DNA of 64,000 nt from the human T2T-CHM13v2.0 reference genome, Homo sapiens: NCBI RefSeq assembly GCF_009914755.1, contig NC_060928.1. The stretch is one strand, 5' to 3'. Both the position numbers and the translations under genes were made by a program. Within the stretch, counting starts at the first letter, position 1; every line of letters starts with the position of its first letter. Below, in pieces: positions 45,529-61,816 of the stretch. The notes below the pieces were generated by a model, which worked only from the letters and a program-made list of their open reading frames with translations, made no database searches and was not told where the DNA came from.

Positions 45529-47795
45529 TGTATTAGTCCATTTTCATGCTGCTGATAAAGACATGAGTGAAATTGGGAAGAAAAATATGTTTAATGGACT
45601 CACAGTTGCACGTGGTTGGGGAAGCCTCACAATCGTAGCAAGAGGCATTTCTTACATGGTGGTGGCAAGAAAGAATGAGACAGAAACAAAAGCAGAAACC
45701 TCTTATAAAACCATCAGAGCTTGTGAGACTTATTCACTACCATGAGAACAGTATGGGGGAAACGGTCCCCATGATTTAATTATCTCTCACTGAGTCCCTC
45801 CCTACACATGAGAATTGTGGGAGTATAATTCAAGATGAGATTTGGGTGTGGACACAGCCAAACCATATTATTGTGCCCCTGCCCCCTCCCCAAATATCAT
45901 ATCCTCACATTTCAAAACCAATCATGCCTTCTCAACAGTACCTCAAAGTCTTAACTCATTTCAGCATTCACTCAAAAGTCCACACTCCAAAGTCTCACCT
46001 GAGACAAGGCAAGTCCCTTCTGCCTATGAGCCTGTAAAATCAAAAGCAAGTTATTTACTTCCTAGATACAATGGAGGTACAGACATTGGATAAATATACC
46101 CATTCCAAATGGGAGAAATTGGCCAAAATGAAGGAGTGAAAGGCCCCACAGAAGTCCAGAATCCAGCAAGGCAGTCAAATCTTAAAGCTCCAAAATGATC
46201 TCCTTTGGCTCCATGTCTCACATCCAGGTCATGCTGATGCAAGTGGTAGGCTCCCACGGCCTTGGGCAGATCACCCCTGTGGCTTTGCAGAGTATAGCCC
46301 CCCTCCTGGATTTCATGGGTGGCATGGCCTGCAGCTTTTCCAGGTGCACAGTACAAGGTGTCAGTGGATCTGCCATTCTGGGGTCTGGAGGACAGTGACC
46401 TTCTTCTCACAACTCCGCTCAGCAGTGGCCCAGTAGGGACTCTGTGTGGGGCCTCTGACACCACATTTCCCTTCTGCACTACCCTAGCAGAGGTTCTCCT
46501 TAAGGATCACACCCCTGCAGGAAACTTCTGCCTGGGCATTCAGGCATTTCCATACATCCTCTGACATCTAGGTGGAGGTTCCCAAACCTCAATTCTTGAC
46601 TTACATACACCCAAAGGCTCAATACCATGCGCAAGCTGCCAAGGCTTGTGTCTTGCACCTTCTGAAGCCACTGCCTGAGCTGTACCTTGGCCCCTTTTAG
46701 CCATGGATAGAGCAGCTGGGAAGCAGGGCACCAAGTCCTTAGGCTGCACACAGAATGGGGACCCTGGGCCTGGCCCACAAAATCATATTTTCCTCCTAGG
46801 CCACTGGGCCTATGATGGGAGGGGCTGCTGCAAAAGTCTCTGACATACCCTGGAGACATTTTCCCTATTGGCTTGGCAATTAGCATTTGGCTTGTTACTT
46901 ATGCAAATTTCTGCAGGTGGCTTGAATTTCTCTTTAGAAAAATAGGCTTTTCTTTTCTATTGCATCATCGGGCTGCAAATTTTCTGAACTTTTTGTTCTA
47001 TTTCCCTTTTAAAACTGAATGCTTTTAACAACACCCAAGTCACCTCTTGAAGGCTTTGCTGCTTAGAAATTTCTTCCACCAGATACCCTACATTCAAAGT
47101 TCCACAAATCTCTAGGGCAGGGACAAAATGCTGCCAGTCTCTTTGCTAAAATGTAGCAAAATTCACCTCTGCTACAGTTCCAAACAAGTTTCTTATCTCC
47201 ATCTGAGACCAACTTAGCCTGGACCTTATTTTTCATATCACTATCAGCATTTTTGTCAAAGTCATTTCACAAGTCTCTAGGAAGTTCCAAACTTTCCCAC
47301 ATTTTCCTGTCTTCTTCTAAGGTCTCCAAACTGTTCCAACCTCCACATATTACCCAGTTCCACAGTGGTGTCCACATTTTTGAGTATCTTTACAGCAGTG
47401 ACCCACTCTACTGGTACCAATTTACTGCATTAGTCCATTTTCACACTGCTGATAAAGACATATTTGAGATTGGGTAATTTATAAAAAAGAAAAAAAAAGA
47501 GGTTTAATGGACTAACAGTTCTACATGGTTGGGGAGGCCTCAGAATCATGGCAGAAGATAAAAGGCATGTCTTACATGGCAGTGGGCAAGAGAGAATTAG
47601 AGACCCAAGCAAAAGGGGAAACCTCTTATAAAACCAGCAGGTCTCATGAGACTTATTCAGTTCCATGAGAACATTATGGGGGAACTGCCCCTATGATTCA
47701 ATTATATCCCACTGGTTTCCTCCCAAAACACATGGGAATTATGGGAGCTACAATTCAAGATGAGATTTGGGTGGGGACACAGCGAAACCATATCA
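45529..47795 (-). mobile_element. THE1 (THE1B-like) MaLR provirus: LTR 45529-45870, internal region, LTR 47426-47795
   Basis: Both LTRs read TGYATTAGTCCATTTTCA...AAACCATATYA. About 1.55 kb of THE1-int with peptide SRIEVWEPPPRCQRMYGNA. Confidence 0.95.
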
Positions 47796-47909
47796 TTCGG
47801 CAAAGCCCAATTCATTGTTTATCTTATTGGATGCATTTTTCATCCTAGACATGATAGTTTTTATCATTAGAAGTTTGATTTGCATGTTTTTTATATGTCT
47901 TATGTAGTT

Positions 47910-48043
47910 AGATTTTATGCATGAGAAAACTGAAGCAAACAGAGGACATGAAACTTGCCTAAGATTTCAGAGCTATTAAGAAGTGGATGCCAGAATACAA
48001 ATCTAGGTAACCCAGCCCCAGAGATTGCACTTTTAATTACTAC
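47910..48043 (-). mobile_element. MIR
   Basis: ATTTTATGCATGAGAAAACTGAAGC...ACTTGCCTAAG antisense core. Confidence 0.7.
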
Positions 48044-48570
48044 TTGTCCCCTTCTCTTTAAGGACATGTTATTATTTCATACTATTCTCTTCCAAAACAT
48101 TTAGAACAATGCTTGGCACATACAAAGGTTATAACAATTGCTAATTGTAGAATTAAACGCTGGAAATCTGCAAAACTTTATGAAGATTGAAAACTCAATT
48201 CAGATGACAATTCTTTTTAAAATTTCCCTGGTCTTTCCACAATTTTTCTTAAAAATTTCCCTAATCTCTTATCACTAACACAAGGTAAAGTTACTTCCTA
48301 TGCATTTTTATCCGTCTTATTCTTAATTCTATAACAGCATTACAAAATTGTATAGCTGTATGTGTCTTTGAATGTTGAATTGAAATTAAATTGGATGATG
48401 GCTCAAGTAGTCAATAAAGTTTTAGGGCACAGACAGCCTACTGGATGGTCAAGGGATGAGGTGTAGCTGGTTGCCACCAAAGAAAAAGCTCACCAGATGC
48501 CACCTGAAAGGACACATAACATGATTTTTAACCATAGGCAATGTGCCGTGGATAGAAACTGGGCAATCTT

Positions 48571-48720
48571 CAAGGGCTACATTGGCACCCATGAGACTTG
48601 TAGGGTTGTTCTGTATGGTGACAAACCTCAGGGAGTGGCATTCATATTATAATTTATTTGAATAGTAACTCCCCAGAATTGTGGAGTCCACAGCTCTCAC
48701 AATGGTAGGCAGCTGCCCAG
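48571..48720. mobile_element. MER91-like palindromic hAT remnant
   Basis: Degenerate palindrome around CAGGGAGTGGCATTCATATTATAATTTATTTGAATAGTAACTCCCCAG. Confidence 0.55.
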
Positions 48721-50539
48721 TGAGGCTATCAGACAGGTTGTAGATTAAGGTGATCTAAATTGGACCAGAGCTGGAGGCAAGGTGGCTGATTCGACTCCTC
48801 CCAGCAGAACCCCTGAAGATCTGGTTACCCCACGTTAAGCTCTATAGATCTTTCATCCCTGCCAACCCCAACTGTTTCCTCCCTGTTCAGTCAAGTTTCC
48901 CTCCTTGGAACCTATGGAATTTATATTCTGTCTTGAAGGCAGGGAATTTAGCTCTAACTCATTGGATTTCTTTGCTCTGAGTTCCCTCACAGGCTAGGCT
49001 TTTGAAAACATTTACATACTCTACAGTAATAAATCTTCCTTGAAGCTTGTATGTTACAAGATCATATTATTGCACAAATGGAGGGGAGAGTTAAAAACAC
49101 TAGAAAAGGAAGAAAACATCCATTACTGTTTCAAATACATTAGTCTCCCAACTAGACTATGAGCTCCTTAATGGTAAGGAATGTGTTTTTATAAACAGAG
49201 GAAATGCATTTGAATACGATTCAGATTTGCTCAAGCTAAATTGTCAATTCTTTGTAGTTCTCATTTGTGCTACTACTCCAGAGGAAACTCTGTTCTACTA
49301 TTGTATTCTGCACAATTTTATCCTGAAAATGTGTTGTGTGCTTGACAGATAATTCACGTCTGTTCTCCAGAGATTGTTTGTTTTATAAGACTACTATTTG
49401 TTTCCCTAATTTTAGGAACTGTTATATTGATTTTCCCCTTTAAACCTGATTATAGCTTATAGCTATACTGAGTCCCACCATTCAAGTCTCTTAGAATCAT
49501 AGCTCTGAATTCTGAGAAGGGGGTAAAAGAGCCTTACTCTTTACTTTAAATTGTCACACTTTTCTTGTGATAAAATTATCTGTGGCATATTTTCAGAGGT
49601 GTCTAGACAATTATATTTAAAATTCTACTGGAGAAGATTTAATGAAAATATTCATTTTACATTGTATGCTTGGATTTACAGTTTGTATCTGAAATATAAT
49701 CGAATGCAAATAATGTGTAAATTAAAATATGTAAAATTATAATTAGTATCCATCATCTGCTGACTATAGACACAAAGCAACACTTTAAAAAAAATCTCAT
49801 TTGAGCTTAGTATTTTCAGTAAAAAGAACTGTGAATTCACATTGGATCAGCTGTGGGCTTGCTACTTTGCATAAATGTAAATTAAAGAAAAATTATTTGG
49901 CTAAAAAATAAAACACAAATTTTATTGTGTATTTTCTCAGGAAATGAAATATTTGTGAGTATATGTAAGATTTCTTTTATTTCTCTCTTAATAAAGAGTT
50001 TCTTTTTTAAATTTAATTTCAGAGTATATAATAAAGTACTATCATAATGGAATTTTGAGAATGAATAAAATTAGTTTCTGAAATTGGTACATTTTGCCTC
50101 CCTACTAGTCTTCTAAACCACCTAATTGAAAACGTGGTTTAGGGCTCTTAATGTATTCTTTAAAACAAGATTTTTTCCACTGCAAATGGAAAAAAATAAA
50201 CAATGTTTTTAATCTAAAAAATATTATTCCCCAGGCCCATTGTGTTGGAATGTATGACTTTCATCAGCTACTTTTCTCTTGGGAGTAGCCTTAAAATGCT
50301 TTCTATTTTATTTAGAAAACAGCTTTCACACACACTGCCACCTGCTGATCTTTTTCTCTTGCATCTCACAGTAAGCCAATCATTTTTCACATTCTTGCCC
50401 AGCAATTTTAATCAATTTCTTATTCTCTAACAGCTACACCTAATGAGTAGAGCAGCAAAACTGTTGATCAACAAGTGTTTTCTAAGGGCTGGACATCAGT
50501 CAATAGAATTTGGCCCTCTCCAGGCCTCCTTCCTGATAT

Positions 50540-52834
50540 TAAATTGTGAGTCAGAAACCACAGGTGAAACCAACAAGTCTCAACTAAGGCTATGACTTAA
50601 CAGCAAGTGTACAGGGTACCTTCAAAGAGGTAGTAAGCAGATTTTACAAAATCCAGAATATTTAAAGGTATTTCAGAGGAAGGAAGACTTAAGAAAGGAA
50701 GCTATAAGTTGTTCATGCAGGGGAAGAGAATCAGCAAATGACAAAAGTCACACAGATATTAACCAAAAAGTACTCATTCCCTAAGCCAGGATTGAACCCA
50801 GGTCACCATTGTAAAATGGCAGAGACCAAAACAAAGTACTGCCATGTTGTTACAGGTTATGCTCCCAAGGACATAAAACAAGATGGAGACCTGCAGCAAA
50901 GTTTGTTACTGACCAGTTTGCTGGGCTGGCTTGAATAGAGGGCTTATCGGTTTCTAGGGATGCATTCTATCCTAAGGTACTCCTCTTTCTGATAGAAAGA
51001 TAGAGAAAGACAAATTCTTGGCACAAAGTACAACAGATTCACCACAGCTTAAGACTAGCCTCATAAATCCTTTTTTTCATTAATTAAAACTTTACAGAGG
51101 ATATAAACTGTGATTATATTATTCATTCAACTGGTTTGCACAGGGAGAGGGAGACCAGAAGTCTGACTGTTAAGAACTTTTACACTTTTGCTGGCGTGTC
51201 TGGCTTCTGTGTTCCCTTCCCCTGAGTTCAATTTTAAGCCAAGTAGTTTAAGGTTTAGAGAAATTAACTTTTCCCAATTTGGGTATGCATCTGAGGAGGA
51301 GTGTCCTGTGGTACAGGGACACAATTATTCATCTGCAAAAGGAAAACAGAGGAGAAAAAAGAATGTGTTTTATCCAAAGGAGTCCCAGGGATTCATGAGG
51401 TATTTGAGAAAAATACAGACTGAAGATGATTGGCTAACCATCTAGAAAGAGGGGAACAAGGAATCCCTAGTTCCTTTATCTTCCAAGCAAATAGCCAAAG
51501 TATGTGAGGGAGAGAAGAAGAGGCATCCCCCTTCTTTCTCCCATTTTATATCCCCAAGTCCTGGTGACCTCAGTAGGGTGCTGCCCATGGATGCCAACAC
51601 AGCTTTCACCCATGTTAACAGTGAGGCCTAAGGGGTGGGAGTTATCCATATTTGCCCATGCACTGCCTCTTCCCTGCTGTGAGTAACTTTTGAGTTCCTA
51701 GATCTTGTCTATGCCATGCATGCAAGTATAACCTTCATCCATGAAGTGGGAGGGCCTATCCAGTAAGAATTAGTCATGCTCACCTGCGTTGTGCCCCATC
51801 TTCTGTTGTTGCCTCCCTCTGCATCCCTTAGATCCAGTTTTCCCTCTTATGGTTTCAACCCAAAGCCTGGAATTGAGTATGGGACAAAAGCGTACCTCAG
51901 GGGATACATGAATTAATTTAGATTATGTCACAGATGGCTGTCACCAAATTTGCAGCCAGCAGCCTATGGGGTCACTCCTCCATTGCTTCCCTATCATAAG
52001 CAGAGTGTTAAGGTAGGGAAAAAAAAAACAAAAAACAAAAAAAAAAACCTCTCTCATAGAAAAGCTCCCTGTATTCACAGGGCTATGTGCATGTGCTAAC
52101 TCCTGGTATGGTTGGTATGGTGGAGAAAAGAGAAAAACAAAATAAGATGAAAAAACAGCTTAAGTGTGGGGAAGATGTCTGGGGGACAAAAAGCCTCTTG
52201 CTTTATGCAAATGGGCTCCTCCAACAGGGAGAGAAACTCTTAATTGTTTTATCCTCTTCTTGGCTTGGCCAGGGAAGGAAAGCCTCTGTGGGCACATGGT
52301 GGGAGGGGATGGTGAGCAGGAAAAACTGACCAGCTGGCTGCATGGAGCTCTTGGCCCCCAAGACCACCCTGGGGATGAGTGGTGGCTGTGTCTCATTCCT
52401 GCCCCACATGGTCATTGGATGCAGCATATGCATGTGGCAGACATGGCCATGCACCCCACCTGGTGCAGTTGGGGAGCCGCCGCTCACCCGTCTGTCCTGC
52501 ATGCATACCCTTGGCTGTTGGGGTGTGGGTGGGGGATGCCTTTAGGAACAGATGGAAATCACATTGTTCTGAATTGCATATCTGATGGCTGGGCCAAATG
52601 CTCATTCTACGTAGTAATATCTCTGCAGTTTGCAGCAGCACTTTTAACATTATAAAAGAAAAGATAGGGGCCATTTCCAACCATGAAGAAAGGAAGGAAA
52701 AATCCATAGAAAAGTCTGAGGGTCTTGGCCAACTTCAGAAAAAAGGTTGAAGATGAAAAGACTTGGGGATGAGAGTGAAAGGTTTGGGTCTGCATTTACT
52801 CACCCTCCAGGTGTCTCCATATGGGCCACCAAAA
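50540..52834 (-). mobile_element. ERV1 MER4-group non-autonomous internal sequence, 3'-truncated
   Basis: Adjacent to an LTR via a PBS. Contains ACAGCTTAAGACTAGCCTCATAAATCC and TTTGCACAGGGAGAGGGAG. No intact gag/pol ORF. Left boundary uncertain. Confidence 0.75.
52814..52831 (-). other. Primer-binding site, tRNA-Ile(AAT)-type
   Basis: The + strand TCTCCATATGGGCCACCA compares with recalled tRNA-Ile 3' end TCCCCGTACGGGCCACCA (15/18). It lies 3 bp from the LTR end. Confidence 0.75.
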
Positions 52835-53293
52835 TAATGCAGGATTTCTACTCCTTAGTTAAGCTAGGTCCAAGTTCTTGTCTCATGACCAGGAAGAATT
52901 AAGCATGCAGACCCTAGAGAATGGGTGGAGTAGAATTTATTAAGTGAAAGGAAAACTCTCAGCAAAGAGAGGGGACCTGAAAAGCAGGTTGCCAGTTGTC
53001 CCCTTTACAGTTCAATACCCGGGCTTATGGTGTGAGTTCCTGGTGGCTCCACCCCATCCTTCCTGTGCGTATGTGGGCCCTTAGACTGAGCTACTCCATA
53101 TTGATTCATTTCTCTTACTGCGCATGTGTTAAGGAACTAAGTTTTCCACTTTGGGCATGTTTAGGCAAGCCCTTTGTGCAAGTTCCCTTATCTGCATAAA
53201 ACACCTGGTATAAGCACTTTTGAGGTGGGTTGATGGTTCTCCAGGGACCCTTCCCTTACTGTCTGCCCAAAGCAAGCTGGCTAACTCCTTTCA
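52835..53293 (-). mobile_element. ERV1 5' LTR, MER83-like
   Basis: The minus strand begins TGAAAGGAGTTAGCCAGCTTGC and carries AATAAA (TTTATT on + near 52936). Followed by the PBS. Confidence 0.75.
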
Positions 53294-53425
53294 ATACTGT
53301 TACTAATGCTGAATTCAATGTATTATTAAGTGACTGGGTGCTATAAGCTGAGAATTATTTATTGGTAGTAAATGAAGTTCACATTGACATAATACATCAT
53401 AATCTTACCTCTGCTTGAGGCTGAT

Positions 53426-53887
53426 GTGGTAGAGTCATGCAATGTATTCCTCAAATCTCATTTCATTTCTTTCTTGGGCACATAGACAAGTTGTATTTCT
53501 TAACATTCCTTGCATTGGGAAGAATGAGCCTATGATTGAGTTCTGACCAATGGAATGCAGGCAAAAATAAAATATTCCACCTACAGGCCTGACACTTAAA
53601 AAGCCCTCTTGCCAGGTTTTAATACTCTTCTTTCCCCATTCCCATAGCTCTAGAAGGAAGATTCAGTGGAAGACTTTAAGGCCACAGGGAATGGTGGCAT
53701 TGGGGAAAAAAAAAATTCAAAAAAAACAAACTAGTTCCCTGAGTAACTGCATGGAGTAGAGCCCTACCACACACCCCCAATCCTCTGGCAAGCTGCTTAT
53801 GAAGTGAATAAAAAATTAATCTGCATTTTATTAAGCCAAGATTTTAGAACTGTTATTTATAGTAGTTAGATTACCTTCAGTAATACA
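53426..53887 (+). mobile_element. Solo MaLR LTR, MLT1J-like
   Basis: TGTGGTAGA...TGAGTTCTGACCAATGGAATG...GTTCCCTGAGTAACTGCATGGAG...TAATACA. Confidence 0.7.
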
Positions 53888-54198
53888 GCTTGTTCATAAA
53901 TTTATCATTCTTCCTAAATATTATGCCTACCATTCAGATATCAACTGTGGGCTTTGAATTCCAGGCTTAGCAAAAAATGGCAATTAGGTTTTACCTTATT
54001 AGCCAATTATAGGATTTATTGTAGAAGGCTGAAGGTTAACCTTAGCAGATTTTTGCCAAGCTATCTTTAATTTCAGAGGATAAAGGAGATCAAATCTGTT
54101 AGTGTCCTTTATCAGGGGCAAAGGAAAGAAAAATAGTGGTGTAACTGTCACATATTGGCAATCCCTGGATAGGACAATTAAACTTTTTGAAGGCATTG

Positions 54199-54239
54199 AT
54201 AAGACAGAACTGTGAAATAAGACAGAATTGTGAGATAAG
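54199..54239. repeat. 18-bp tandem repeat, about 2.3 copies
   Basis: ATAAGACAGAACTGTGAA ATAAGACAGAATTGTGAG ATAAG. Confidence 0.9.
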
Positions 54240-54419
54240 CCTAGGATGCAGTCAAAATTACTTTTCTTACAGTAACAATATAGTTTACTATTGTGACTGC
54301 ATAATTATAGAGCAAATCCTAAATTTTAAGATCCAGAACTTGTTTTTGTTGAATGAATAAATGAATAGAGATTCCCAGTGTTTGCCTTCTAAGAAAACCT
54401 TCTTTTAAAATTAGTAGTT

Positions 54420-54455
54420 TCCCTGGTGGTCTAGTGGTTAGGATTCAGTGCTCTC
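54420..54455 (+). pseudogene. tRNA-Glu(CTC) 5'-half tailless retropseudogene
   Basis: TCCCTGGTGGTCTAGTGGTTAGGATTCAGTGCTCTC matches the first 36 nt of tRNA-Glu-CTC except for two CpG transitions. It stops at the anticodon loop and has a 13-bp TSD. Confidence 0.9.
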
Positions 54456-54535
54456 TCATAAAATAAGTAGTAAAGAAAGATTACAAATTTATACATGGGT
54501 GTCAGCTTCATGATTATTTTTTGTGCTATCAATTA

Positions 54536-54661
54536 TTAGATTTTGAGCTCCATGAGGACAAACATCTTTGTCTGTTTTGGTCCCACCTGTATTCCCAACA
54601 CCTAGAAGAATGCCTGATACATTGGAGGGACTTAATTAAATATTTGTTGAATCAATAAATG
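54536..54661 (+). mobile_element. L2a-like 3' end
   Basis: AGCTCCATGAGGAC...TTTGTCTGTTTTG...CACCTAGAA...TAAATATTTGTTGAAT. Confidence 0.8.
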
Positions 54662-55165
54662 CAGTTTAAATTCACCTTATTCTGAGTTTGATTTGTTTCT
54701 AGAAACAAAGATCTTTCTATGCTGTGTTTATAGTTGACCATACTTCCACACTTAATATCACAGGTCTTGTAGGTTGGTTGTTTGTTTAATTGGCTATTTA
54801 TTCATATCAGAGAAAGGAATTATTCTTAATGTGGAAGGGACCCTAGAATCAAATTATACAGACCACCATTTGTGCTTCTTTATCTCTGAAGCATTTAATT
54901 CTGTAAGCAAAAAAAAAAAAGAAAGAAAGAAAAGAAATTTTGTATAACGGCATTATGCAAAAGCATCACTGACCCTTCCTGGAAACATGTGCTTCTGAAT
55001 TAAATAAATAATGTGTACATAAATATAAACATATATACTATTAGTAAAGGGCATTGTTGTCCTTTGATGTTATTCCATAGTTTTAAAAAAATTCTAAGCA
55101 GACATAAATCATGAGGTTTTTTCACACCGAAAAAAATAAAGAAAGCTCAGTGCTAAAATCACCTG

Positions 55166-55304
55166 CAGGGCCAGCTTGATGGGCACGCAGTCTGTACAAT
55201 TGCCCTACCCTTGGTTAATGTTCTTAAAAATCTCAATAATTTTTGTTCAAAGGACCTCATGTTTTCAATTTGCACTGCACTTGCAAATTAGGTAGCCAGC
55301 GCTG
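55166..55304. mobile_element. MER45A-like hAT element
   Basis: CAGGGCCAGCTTGATGGGC...TTTGCACTG...GCAAATTAGGTAGCCAGCGCTG. Confidence 0.7.
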
Positions 55305-56411
55305 ATCCTGTAGCATCTTCTAAAATAGACCTTATGGATAAGCAGGGCATTTCCTGTCCCAGAACAGTTGCCCAATAGCAAAAATGGATTTTTGAGTGAA
55401 TAAATTGATAAATAAAAATGTTTTAATGGCATAGCATAAAAACACAAACACTTGTATCTAACAGTCAAGCAGAAGAGGTTCTTACTCAAATTAAGAAGTG
55501 GAGGCAGAAAGAGTGAAGGGTGAGAAAAGGGCACTCAGAAGTTCTTTTCTATCCAAATCCATGAGAGCACAAAGTTGACCATAATTTCATTGCCTATGAA
55601 GCCAAGTAAAAGAAAATAAACCCTTACTTGTAAAAGCAAATCAATATCTTTTAACTTTTGCTATTCTTAATGGATAGCTGCAATATACTCAAACACATTC
55701 AAGAGTTTATAAGACATTCCGTTGAAAATCATTTTCTCTTATCAAATTTAGACAGGTTCTTTTAATTTGAATGAACACTACTTCTCTTGTGTAAATAGTG
55801 TATTATAAATTGTAATGTTATTATTTGAGGTTTTATAGAATCGTATTTTCTGTGAATCTTAATTTTGGAAAAATATCATCTTCTTAACCTGCCTGATATT
55901 TGGCAACATACTGGCAGAAAATAAACTTGAAACTCAGGAAGGTTGGCATTAGATCAATAACAGGAATGAAAAGAAATCTCAGTCCAATCTCAGAAATTTA
56001 GATCTACCATGTAGATGTGTTGTTTTCAGCACAATATCATACATTGTTTTGTGCAAATTATAGTCATACCTAATAAGCTAAAAGTTGGCATATCATCATC
56101 AAACAGCTTTTGCACAGCTACTGAAAATAGCACTGATTGAAGTGGCATGGATTTGCTTAGCTTGGGTTGTAATCAATTTGATGTCTATCCAGCCATGTTG
56201 AGAGACTAATAGTCCTGCAATTGCCTGCCTTTACCTCTGCATTCCTGACCATCTGCTGAGAGGAGTCAGGTAATGGGTTTTGTCACATTTCAGACCTATT
56301 ATTTCTGCCTGGCCTAGAAGTATTTTCTACAAAAGCAATAATGTCTGCATGTGTTTAGACATTAAGGTTAGTTTTACATTTAACTTCTCAGTAATTTGAC
56401 TAAGGTCAAGA

Positions 56412-56474
56412 ATCTGATTACTTTTCATACTAAACGTATCTGATTACTTTTCATACTAAAAGTATCTGATTACT
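56412..56474. repeat. 26-bp tandem repeat, about 2.4 copies
   Basis: ATCTGATTACTTTTCATACTAAACGT ATCTGATTACTTTTCATACTAAAAGT ATCTGATTACT. Confidence 0.95.
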
Positions 56475-56586
56475 GTTAGTAGATACTAATTTATAAATTG
56501 TATTTTCGCTAGAGGGATATCATTTATTTTGGAAGAAATAAATGATCTCTTCAATCTCTAACTTGATGACTAATCTAATAGAAAGT

Positions 56587-60236
<3,650 letters not shown>

Positions 60237-61397
60237 AGAAAGTTCCCAGTCCATTCTGCTGCTACTGCCTTGATATTCTGCTTTCAGAAAGCGACACTTT
60301 CAGATTAAGTTGAAATATTGTCTTGATGGCTGACAATTGCTACTAATTTCAATTTTAATGGAAAAAAATAACTAAAATAAGATATTGATTCAATTTTGAA
60401 ACTATATTTCCTTGGAAAAGGTTTGTCTCACTTATTACAAATTACGAGTTATTTGGCTGTGTGCTGTTCCTATACATTTTCTCTCTGAATGTTTTAAACA
60501 AAATTAATGAAATAAGAATGCTAAGTTTCTGGTTTCTAATATACTTTAACAGAGCAATTAAACATAGATTTTTAATATGAAGTTTTTACTATTTATTGCA
60601 AGAAATAAAAAATCTCTTATACATCTAATTATCTTAAGATATTAATACACCTCTAATGTTTTATTTTTTAGAATACTTATATGTAGTTTTCCTCTTATTT
60701 CTTATTTATTATGCTATAGCTTAATATTAAATATTGCTTCAAATATGGAAGAGCAGTAAAAATAACTTTATTCTTACTTGAGTCTATTTTTATTGCTCCG
60801 TAAATATATTTATTAATGGTATTTTTTATTTCAGCAATTATAGAATTCACTTTTTGTCATGAACCCTGTATCAGAAACATAACAGAAAAAAAATAGGACT
60901 AAGAATCAGAAAAGAAGGGAAATATGATGTTTTATGAGATTCTGGAAAACTGCTACATTGAACTGAACATTCAGGCACTCATCATGTAATGATGCAATAA
61001 CATGTCCTTTCATGGGAACAAAGGGTAGTAAAAATAATATCAATTATTTTTAAGCAATTGATATTTATATTTAAGCAATATTTATACTGATGTCTTATAT
61101 TTAAGCAATAAGACAATTATTCTTAAGCAAGGTCACCCAACATAACTCTTCCTTTCCCTATAATCTGCCTGCAAATATATGCTAAATGATAACAAATAAT
61201 AAGTAAAAACCTTCTATGAAACTCCTTTTTTTAAGGAATCACACTTGTTTACTCTTTTGATAAGCATGTTTCTCTAATTTATTTAGGGAGACATTATGTC
61301 CTTTGTCTGCAAAAACAATTAAAAAGAAACATATAATGTTATTTTACCAGGGGTCAAGTTCTAATTGGATTTTACCACGATAAAAAATATAATTCAT

Positions 61398-61816
<419 letters not shown>

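Noticed and set aside
45842-46886. Cluster of ORFs on both strands
   Set aside because: Decayed THE1 internal region.
52087-52795. Dense overlapping ORFs in a GC-richer patch
   Set aside because: They lie in the ERV leader region. No gag, pol or env motifs are recognisable, and higher GC lowers stop frequency.
54420-54455. Functional tRNA gene
   Set aside because: It lacks the 3' half and the B box, so it cannot fold or be transcribed as a tRNA.
56412-56474. Short repeats as a CRISPR-like array
   Set aside because: Head-to-tail duplication with no spacers, in eukaryotic DNA.
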